A DNA stretch of 64,000 nucleotides from Octopus sinensis. Taxonomy: Eukaryota. A model generated the notes under the pieces. It saw only the letters and a list, made by a program, of their open reading frames with translations, was not told the origin of the DNA and searched no databases. The translations under genes were made by a program, and so were the position numbers. Location: contig NC_043000.1 in the NCBI RefSeq assembly GCF_006345805.1, positions 159,154,001 through 159,218,000 on the forward strand, read 5' to 3'. Numbering within the stretch: position 1 is the stretch's first letter; each line of letters begins with the position of its first letter. Below are positions 54,816-64,000 of this stretch, piece after piece.

Positions 54816-54862
<47 letters not shown>

Positions 54863-54868
54863 ATGGAT

Positions 54869-55250
54869 GGAAGCGCAATGACCCAGTGATTAGGGCAGCG
54901 GACTCGCGATGGTAGGATCATGGTTTCGATTCCCAGACCGGGCGTTGTGAGTGTTTATTGAACGAAAACATCTAATGCTCCACGAGGCTCCGGCAGGAGG
55001 TGGCGGTGAACCCTGCTGTACTCTTTCACCACAACTTTCTCACACTTTTTCTTCCTTTTTCTATTGTACCTGTATTTCAAAGGGCGCAGCCTTGTCACAC
55101 TCTGTGTCACTCTGAATCTCCCCGAGAACTACGTTAAGGGTATACATGTCTGTGGAATGCTCAATCACTTGCACGTTAATTTCACGAGTAGGCTGTTCCG
55201 TTGATTGGAATCAACCGGAACCCTCGTCGTCGTGAACGAAGGAGTGCCAC
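54869..55250 (+). mobile_element. SINE family C (tRNA-Arg-like head), tail type 1
   Basis: A box tgacccagtga, gactcgcg anticodon arm, B box ggtttcgattcc; tail tgaatctccccgagaactacg...ggagtgccac. Confidence 0.85.
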
Positions 55251-55304
55251 GATATATACATACAAAGATATTATTATTAATGATAAATAATAACAACAAT
55301 AATA

Positions 55305-55935
55305 ATATAAGTGGCCAACAAGCATTAAAACTAAAAAGGCAAATTTATAAATTTATAATTAATTATTAATTATAATTGAGGGTACACGAAGTACCAGTGT
55401 TGCTAGAGATAACAGTCAAAAGATACTCAAATAAGCCACCATTTCACTGAAAATACAACAGGCTGACGAAAATCGAGGGACGACCGAAATTTAATTTACC
55501 ATTGCTGCTGAAAGTTGCAAATATATACCTATATCACGTGATTTCGAACTTTGAGATATTTCCCTTAGTTCTCATCAATAGGTCTCGCTGAAAGCCAAGC
55601 GTTAAATATAGGCTCGCTTCGTCATACCTGTCCAGATCGTTGAAAGGTCAGCGCCAATTTCAAACGGTATGAGAGTATAATTAAACAAATAAATAAAGAT
55701 ACTATTATTAATAATCATAATAATAATAATATTAGTAGCCAGCAAGCATTAATAATAAATTATAAATTTATAAATTTACCTTTTTTGTCAATAATGCTTA
55801 CTGGCCACATATTTTCGTCAGCCTGTTGCATTTTCAGTGAAATGATGGCTTATTTGAGTGTTTTTCGATTCTTATTTCTAGCAACATTGGTACTTCGTGT
55901 ACCCTTAATCATGATAAATAATTAATTATAAATTT
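55305..55935. mobile_element. HHR-bearing fold-back element
   Basis: 55378-55473 is about 90% identical to the reverse complement of 55811-55906; further short switch-backs at 55735-55810; HHR lies between the arms. Confidence 0.75.
55527..55583 (-). ncRNA. Type I hammerhead, C3U core variant
   Basis: accta TTGATGA gaact...agttc GAAA TCACGTGA TA taggt; perfect 5-bp stems I and II, 8-nt palindromic stem III, AUA triplet. Confidence 0.8.
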
Positions 55936-55954
55936 ATATATACATATATATATA

Positions 55955-56363
55955 GGCGCAGGAGTGGCTGTGTGGTAAGTAGCTTGGTTACCAACCACAT
56001 GGTTTCGGGTTCATACCCACTGCGTGGTACCTTGGGCAAGTGTCTTCTACTATAGCCTCGGGCCGACCAAAGACTTGTGAGTGGATTTGGTAGACGGAAA
56101 CTGAAAGAAGCCCGTCGTATATATGTATATATATATATATGTGTGTGTGTGTATATGTTTGTGTGTCTGTGTTTGTCCCCCCCCCAACATCGCTTGACAA
56201 CCGATACTGGTGTGTTTAAGTCCCTGTAACTTAGCGGTTCGGCAAAATAGACCGATAGAATAAGTACTAGGCTTACAAAAGAATAAGTCCTGGGGTCGAT
56301 TTGCTCGGCTGAAGGCGGTGCTACAGCATGGCCACAGTCAAATGACTGAAAAGATTAAAAGAG
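55955..56363 (+). mobile_element. SINE family A, full length
   Basis: Complete consensus. Confidence 0.92.
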
Positions 56364-56811
56364 TATCTACACATTCGTGTGTTTGTGAGTGTGTTATACA
56401 CACACAAGGCTTGATAAAATGGTTGAAAACATAGACACTCATACAGGCATGCTCATAAATATGTGTGTTCTCATGTGTGTGCGTGTGTATACTCACAGAT
56501 GTTTGTGTATTTTGTTTGAATATAAGTATGCGTTATAAGTTCTGCAGAAATTTAAAGTAAGCTACACATTGAAATAAATATATATAACAGTCCCAATCTT
56601 GTCTGGATGTGTTTCTATTTCTAGCAGTCAGATTCTCATAAAAATCAAAAGAAACGTTTCGCCTCCATCAGCAGAGCTTTGACCCATAGCACAATGCATT
56701 TATTCTAGAACTGTTTCCCCTACCACTGCTCTGTTACCATAGGGGAGAAAACTCATATGGTGACATGATGCGCCAACAGTGTGCTAAAAGATGAAGTGAT
56801 TCGTATGAGGA

Positions 56812-56853
56812 CTTTACTGATGATACACACTGTAGTGTGGAAAACAGTATAAG
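56812..56853 (+). ncRNA. Candidate decayed minimal hammerhead
   Basis: cttta CTGATGA ta cacac-tgta-gtgtg GAAAA c a g TA taag; perfect 5-bp stem II but extra nucleotides in both core linkers. Confidence 0.35.
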
Positions 56854-57504
56854 AAAACAGTCGAGACATCACTAACTTACACTTAATTTGCTTCGTCAAT
56901 TTATATATATATGTCACAATTCACCGAAATTAACGTTCAGATTACAATATAAAATCACTTTAAAGAAATGAGTAATTATAAGTATAAACACTTTACAATT
57001 ATAAAATAATTTTATCGAAAACAACTAGGATAATGTTTATTGTAAGTGGAACAAAAAAAAAATCATGTTTAGAGCAAAAATATAATGATGAGCAGAAGCA
57101 ACGAAACAGATAAAAATAATATCTGTAGCTATTTATTGTAATGAATATGTAATTACAGCTTACAGTTCTTTTTGCTAATTTTTGTTGATTTCATTTTGTG
57201 CTTTACTTATCGCATTGAACAAAAGAAATCTTTCCGTAATTATTGCAAAATATTGATTGCCATCATTACTTTACACAGACACACACACACAGACACACAC
57301 ACACATACACACACATACACACACACACGCACACACGCATGCACGCACACACGCATGTACGTACACACATATATGCGTATGTTTATTTGTATATATGACA
57401 GTATGAGTACTATCTATGTATTTATACATATGTACATATGTGTGTATCTGTGTTTATATGTGTGTTTGTGCGTGTGTGTGAGTATGTGTGTGTATGTGTG
57501 AGTT

Positions 57505-57535
<31 letters not shown>

Positions 57536-58514
57536 ATGTGTGTGTGTGTGTGTATTTGTGTGTTCGTGTACAACAAACCACACTCTATGTATATGCGCTC
57601 TGTCTAAAGCATAGTGTCATGAACTGAAAATAGAAAAGTTTCTCATAAATGCTTTTCCTGTTGGCATCGATACCATTTTTCCCTCATTTATATTAAAACC
57701 GTCGGCTAACGAGCTGTAACCAAAGCATCATAAAACGAATCATACTGTTTCCATGAAAACTTTAAGACATAGTTCAGTTTCATCTCATTATTCCTTTATT
57801 CTTAATGAACTATTAAAAACCGGTAACTGTTGGAGATATAAAAATACATAAGGGCAATGAATTAATGAAACTCTGCCTTTCCCGGCGATGTGTACTCAAG
57901 TCTTTAATCAATTGAATTACTTGCTAAATGAATTATCATACATGTCGCTAAGTTGACTAGTGTTATGTACACCCCTATGCTAATCCACGGGTAGAGTCAA
58001 TGCTATGCGTTGTGCGATAGGGTTACATCGTTTGAGGCTTACAAATACAATACCGCCGACGGTTTTCCAAACTGTTTCAGTTAACTTGTTTGCACTTACA
58101 GAATACAGTTCAACCCGAAGGGCTATGGTAAATGAAAATAAGTCTAAGGTCTACGCAGTGAGATCGAATCTGGGACTTCATGATCAGGTACGGCCTTAGG
58201 AGGTGCGGAGTGCAATTGGGAACAATTTTGGTGGGCCCCAGGTTCCCAGTCAACTTGCACCAAGGGCTATAAGATCATAAAAATATAAAAATGTGTATTA
58301 TGCCAAACTATGCCGAACCAGACGGGTGACAAACTTAGCCCCTGGCTTGTTGGCCCCTGTCGAATCGTCCAACACATGCCAGCATGGAAAACGTTAAATG
58401 ATGATAATGCTGATGACATGCATATACTTACACACACATATTGTGTGTGTGTGTGTGTATGTGTGTGTGTCCGTGTCTCTGTGTGTGTGTGTGTGTATGT
58501 GTGTGTGTCCGTGT

Positions 58515-58552
<38 letters not shown>

Positions 58553-58611
58553 TAACTTTCTGAAACATGGATAATCTGGAACTCGCTGGAACCTACGAGT
58601 GACATTTTTTT

Positions 58612-58728
58612 GACCGATAGAATAAGTACTGGGCTTACAAAAAATAAGTCCCGGGGTCGATTTGATCGACTAAAAGGCGGTGCTCCAGCATGGCCACAGT
58701 CAAATGACTAAAGCAAGTAAAAGAGTAT
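58612..58728 (+). mobile_element. SINE family A, 3' fragment
   Basis: gaccgatagaataagtact...gtcaaatgactaaagcaagtaaaagagt. Confidence 0.85.
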
Positions 58729-60359
58729 ACGTCTCAGATGGTGTAAATTACGATTATATCGGAATTTGTTGTGTAAAGCATTTTTCTCTCTCTTTTAGAT
58801 AAACTCAAAGGTAACCGGTCCTCAACGTGGTTGTTTAGTATGCTAGAAATAGCAGTTAATAGGCATAAAAACGCAGCCACTTTTCTTATGACTTAATACG
58901 CTGCAAAGGGGAAGAAACTATTTGGCAGTATACTAGGAGCCGAGATTAGTTGCTAGCACACGAAAAAAAAACGTGGAAAAAAAACTCCGAGGTGAGGGTG
59001 GATTCCGAGGGCCCACCCACCTCCGATTTTGGCGGAAATAAGTCATTTGCGGTATATTAGAAGAGATTAGGTGATAGCACAAAAACATAAAGGTAAAACG
59101 AGGAAAAAAAAAACTATTTCTCACTGAAATCGAGTTGGGTGTTAAACTATAAAATCAAACTACATCTCAACTATGCCTGGCAAAAATCGGAAAGAAATTT
59201 AACAAGATCCAAAGCAACTTTTATTTGTTGCAGGTTATTACGCTAAAAGCGGTATCCATAAAATGCAAATTAATAATAATTATTAATTAGAATTTTTCGG
59301 AAACTGTTTATTTATTTACCGATTATTATTTTTTTTCTCTATAAGTTTTGTTGTAAGACACAGTCCTGTCTGTGTGGTAAGGACTTTGCTTCTTAGCTAT
59401 ATGTTTCAGGATTTAGCACCAGTGTGTGACATTAAATGTCTCCTACTACAGCCCCGTGTGTGTGTGTGTGTATGTGTACTAATCCAAAACCTGAATGGTT
59501 ATCATTGCAAACAGATTTTCTCTTTTGAACAAGAGACAAGAAATTTTATTTCATCTCTCCCATCATTCTCTCTCCCACTATACATGCGCACGCGTATATG
59601 TATGGATATAATTCCCCACAAAATAAAAATACATATACATGCAATAATACACATAAATACAAGAACTCCAAACAAACCACTATCAAAAATGATTAAACTG
59701 TTAACCTTTAACCATTGTAGCCAAAATACTGAGTACTGAATTCTTTTACACATACACATCCATTTAACCTTTTGCATTTAATTTTTCTTTTTGCTTTCTT
59801 TGATATATACATATATGCGCGTGTGTGTATGTGTATAAAATAGTCCCCCTAAAGAAACACTGCCCTTGAGGGACACCACATCAACAAGAACATCAGTAAC
59901 GGAAACCCCGAAACAAAAAGAACAAAGCAAAAGGATACTGAACACATAACATGCCCCTCTCGTCTCGCTTGGAACTACTCAGACCTGTCGTGTGTTGAAG
60001 AAGACGGTGATGGGCCGAAACGGCAAACATTTGCCAGTGGAAGGAAGGAAAAAGAAACAAAGCCACACCAACACAAAAACTGGAAGATATGAACAAATGG
60101 CAGAAATGTTTTGAACAACATTTTGAGACAGGAGAATAGGAAAGATACGTTTGCCCTAGTTTTCAGGGTGACCATGGTTTTGTGGGGCTTCTTCAAGCAG
60201 TACTCGAAGTTATCCCGTTTCTAGAAAATAATTTCTTGTTCGAATGCTTTCCAGCTTTGCTTTTTTTTTTTACATTGTTGATATTTATTTATGTAACCAT
60301 TCCACCGTCCTGTACAATGCTCGAACTTTTCATGAAACCTAAGAGGCTAATAAGGAGAA

Positions 60360-60510
60360 TATCATCTTCATCATCATCATCAGCAGCAGCCTCATCATCA
60401 TCATCATCATCATTATCATCATTATCATCATTGTCGTTATTATCAGCATCATCTTCATTGCTGTTGTTGTTGTAATTGTTGTTGATGTTGTCGTTGTTGT
60501 TGTAATCATT
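60360..60510. repeat. (TCA)/(TTG) trinucleotide compound tract
   Basis: Visible tract. Confidence 0.85.
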
Positions 60511-60989
60511 ATTTCTAAGACCATCTGATTCCCTTTATTCTCCTCCTTGCCCATCCCCTCCTTCGACTTTGTACAAATTTTATTGCCATATACTTCTCTT
60601 GGAAATATATTCCTGTGTTTCTATCGGGAAACAAGACAAAAGCACGTATGTATACATATCCGTGTCTACAAGAATGATTTCCAAAATTTCTCTGCCGCCT
60701 CCTTCGAAATCATAAAAGACGGCCACTTCGCACGCATGAGCACATGCATTGTCGTTATCAAAGGAATGATATACAGACGCACAGAAAAATATGCGCCTTC
60801 ACGTACATACACTCACGCAAACATACTTGTTGGATAAACCAGGACAGTGCGAGAAGATATAAAGCAAACAGCAAAAAGACTCGTTATTACGACCTTATCC
60901 AACAAGCCCCTTTAGTGCAAAATCCCCACCACTATACGTGGGCAACAGCACCACTTCTTCATTCTGTATTGTAACCGCTGCCCGTTTTT

Positions 60990-61374
60990 TTTGCTGCTGT
61001 TGCTGTTGAGCGAACGGTCTTCGTCCCAGAGTTCGCAAGATGGGAGAAGTCCGAAACGTGGTCCTTTGCTATTAGTAAGACCCGCAGAAGAGAAAGCAGG
61101 TCAACCCCCCGACACCGAGAGCATCGACGGATGGATGAATGCGCATCCAGGCTCAGCGGTTGCGTAGGAAGTCGGGGACAAGAAACAGGAAGAAAGAGTG
61201 AGAGAAAGTTGGAGCGAAAGAGTACAACAGGGGTCGCCACCACACCCTGCCGAAGCCACGTGGAGCTTTAGGTGTTTTCGCTCAATAAACACACACAACG
61301 CCCGGTCTGGGAATCGAAACCGCGATCCTCCGACCGCGAGTCCGCTGCCCTAACCACTGGGTCATTGCGCCTCC
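60990..61374 (-). mobile_element. SINE family C, tail type 2
   Basis: Head ggaggcgcaatgacccagtggttagggcagcggactcgcgg...ggtttcgattcc; different 3' half ending gaccgttcgctcaacagcaacagcagc. Confidence 0.85.
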
Positions 61375-61379
61375 ACTTG

Positions 61380-61920
61380 CTGCATTTTGACTGTTCCTAA
61401 CACTGAACTTCTTGCTAAGTGTACTATGTCGTCCCAAATCGGCCTTAACGCTTTTTCTACTTGTTCCGTTGTTACGACATCGATTTTTCCTTTACTTATC
61501 GAAAATGTTCGATAGCTAAAAATTTTTTTCTTTAATTCCGTTTTTTTACTTCTTGTTGGGGTGACAGCTTTACTTCGAACTCATCTCGGTTCATTTTGCT
61601 ACTGTGTTTTCCTAGTTCCTCCATGTTTATTTCAGTTTCCTTACACCTTGCTGCCTCAGCAAAATTTCTGTTTGTGGTCCATTATCTGGACTGCCTCTAG
61701 CAACTTCTCCTCGGACGATGATACGTCCGAGTAGTCATAACTTCCTTCAGACATCGTTTTCTAGGCTATCCCTCCTCTTACGAGAAGAGAAATCACAAAC
61801 AAACACTCGCAAACACCCAAACCGCTGCAAAGCAGCACACGACGCTCGATATTTTCACAAACGCACGAACTGGTTAGACTTTGAAATCGGTCGCTACCGG
61901 ACGAGAAAGAATTGCATAGA
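61380..61920 (-). pseudogene. Probable LINE 5' end: CpG-rich leader plus frameshifted ORF1-like start
   Basis: ATG at 61754; two frameshifts join MSEGSYDYSDVSSSEEKLLEAVQI / TNRNFAEAARC... / FSYRTFSISKGKIDVVTTEQVEKALRPIWDDIVHLARSSVLGTV. May resume past the SINE as IQNEEVVLLPTY near 60930-60975. Confidence 0.45.
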
Positions 61921-62514
61921 TTAAACTTATTAGCTATTTCTGTATCCCCTTGGCATATATTTATGTTGTATCTGTTATGCATAAAATGTATATAATACAA
62001 ATGATTACTGGTATTTGCATACAAATGTTGGCGGACACGTGCCTGGGTGCATGAGGTGGGAATGTGGTTCATAACCGCTTAAAGGACAACGTTCTTACTT
62101 GAATGACATTGGCTAGTTGGCTGTTTATTAAAGTGCTTGCTGGCTTAGAATATTCATGAATTTCAAGAAAGCACCAGCGGCATATTTTGAATATTGTAAT
62201 AAGAATTTGATGATAACTGTATAATATCTGCTACTAGTGTCGCCGTTGATGTCGTTGTCATCGTTGTTGCGGTCATCGTCATCGTCATTGTTGTTGTTTA
62301 ACTTAAGGTGATCTGTGCTTGATTAACTCTATGATGAGAGGCATTCCTGCCGCGAGATTTCCGTTTATTCTATTAAAATTTTGTTTCATTTATTTACTGT
62401 CAGACAGAAAGTATGAGACGAAGTTATTTAATGCCTTTACCTGTTACAAAACAGTAGCGTGTGATACGAAGAACTAGCTGTTATTTCAAGCAGTCGAGTG
62501 ACCAAGACTCCACT

Positions 62515-64000
62515 GGGTTTTGGCAGCATTGTTAGCACGTCGGTCGAAATACCATGCAATAGTTTCTCTGGCTCTTTAAATTCAGGTTTCAAATCTTGCC
62601 GAAGTCAACTTTACCTTTCATTCCTTCGGGATTTGATAAAATAATGAAAGATCTAAGAACGGGACCAATAGTATCGACAAGGCTTTTCTCCTGTAAAGTG
62701 CTGTCGTTGTGACCAGGAGAGAGAAACCATTGATATTACTAACATTATTATTACTAGTAGCAGGAAGCCGGCGAGCTGGCAGGATCGTTAGCACGCCGGG
62801 CGAAATGCTTAGCAGTATTTCGCCTGCCGCTACGTTCTGAGTTCAAATTCCGCCGAGGTCGACTTTGCCTTTCATCCTTTCATCCTTTCGGCGTCGATTA
62901 AATAGGTACCAGTTACGCACTGTGGTCGATATAATCGACTTAATCGGTTTTCCTGTCCTTGTTCATCCCCTCTGTGTTTAGCCCCTTGTGGGTGGTAAAG
63001 AAATAGGTATTTCGTCTGTCTTTACGTTTTTAAGTTCAAACACCGCCGATGTCGACTTTGCCTTTCATCCTTTCGGGGTCGATAAAGTAAGTACCAGTTG
63101 CGTCCTGGAGTCGTTGAAATCGACTATCCCCCTCCCCCAAATTTCAATCTTTGTACCTTCAGTAGAAAGAATTATTATTGGAAGTAATTAGGCAGTGAAT
63201 TTGCAGAATCGTAACCACGCTAGATACTGGCAGAATCGTTAGCATGCCGGGAAATTGCATAGCGGCACTTCGTCCATCTGTACGTTCCCGGTTCAAATTC
63301 TGCCGAGGTCGACTTTGCCTTTCATCATTTGGGGGACAATAAAATAAGTTCCAGTGATGCCCTGAGGTTGAGGTAATCGACTCTCCTCCTCACCAAAATT
63401 CCAGGCTTTGTGCCTATACTAGTAAAGATTATTATTATCTTTAAGGCGAAGAGCTTACAGAATCATTAGCGCGTCGTACAAAATGCTTATCGTGATTGTG
63501 TCAGTCTTTACGTCCAGACTTCCAATTCCGCTGAGGTTGACTTTGTCATTCACTCTTTCGGGATCATGAAATTGTACCAGTCGAGCATTGGGGATCGGTG
63601 TTATCAACTATTGCCCTTACGAGAAAAATCAGGTCTTGTGCCTATGTTATTAAGAATCATCATCATCATCAGCCGCAACAGCAGCAGCAGTAGCAGTAGT
63701 AGCAGTAGTAGTAGTAAATCGGCGAGCTGGCAGAAACCTTAGCACGCCGGGCGAAATGCTTTGCGGTATTTCGTCTGCCGTTACGTTGTGAGTTCAAATT
63801 CCGCCGAGGTCGACTTTGCCTTTCATCCTTTCGGGGTCGATAAATTAAGCACCAGTTACGCACTGGGGTCGATGTAATCGACTTAATACCTATGTCTGTC
63901 CTTGTTTGTCCCCTCTATGTTTAGCCCCCTGTGGGCAATAAAGAAATAGAAATAGGTATTTCGCGCGTCGCTACATTCGGAGATCAAATTCCACCGAGGT
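62515..64000 (+). mobile_element. Head-to-tail array of about seven SINE family B units
   Basis: Units near 62515, 62768, 63008, 63195, 63445, 63719 and 63953; same orientation, different divergence, two tail types. Confidence 0.88.

Noticed and set aside
54869-54945. tRNA-Arg gene
   Set aside because: No acceptor-stem closure; it continues into SINE body, so it is a SINE head. The same applies to 61300-61374.
55458-55500. CTGACGA...GAAA on plus strand
   Set aside because: Stem II pairs over only 3 bp and there is no stem I partner.
59992-60030. TTGAAGA...ggcc GAAAC GGC
   Set aside because: No U at 16.1 and stems are mismatched.
61005-61062. CTGTTGA...long hairpin...GAAACGTG antisense to the SINE C tail
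   Set aside because: Six extra bases before the stem, triplet ends in G, no stem I.

Overview
AT-rich, repeat-dense eukaryotic DNA with no intact protein-coding gene that I can support. The tRNA-derived SINE families and the extreme (TA)n/(TG)n/(GATA)n load suggest a cephalopod, probably octopus, intron or intergenic region (inference). Most ORFs in the supplied track are microsatellite artefacts. Recognisable elements: two near-full-length decayed mariner transposons plus mariner fragments; LINE remnants (Tx1/L1, CR1-like, RTE, R4/Dong); a Penelope-type GIY-YIG endonuclease fragment; three SINE families, including head-to-tail arrays; Helitron/Helentron-type ends; and a 21-copy 22-bp minisatellite. 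The main result is a set of type I hammerhead ribozyme (HHR) motifs from several unrelated small non-coding elements. Seven are clear by eye (7352, 35033, 41215, 41663, 42078, 42869, 55527) and several more are decayed. Most have a self-complementary stem III, several sit in fold-back or tandem arrangements, and most lie just upstream of TA-rich microsatellites. One 74-bp palindrome is centred on the cleavage triplet of one HHR family. This looks like a diverse Penelope/retrozyme-like self-cleaving RNA system. Activity and novelty need folding, cleavage and genome-wide searches that I could not run.
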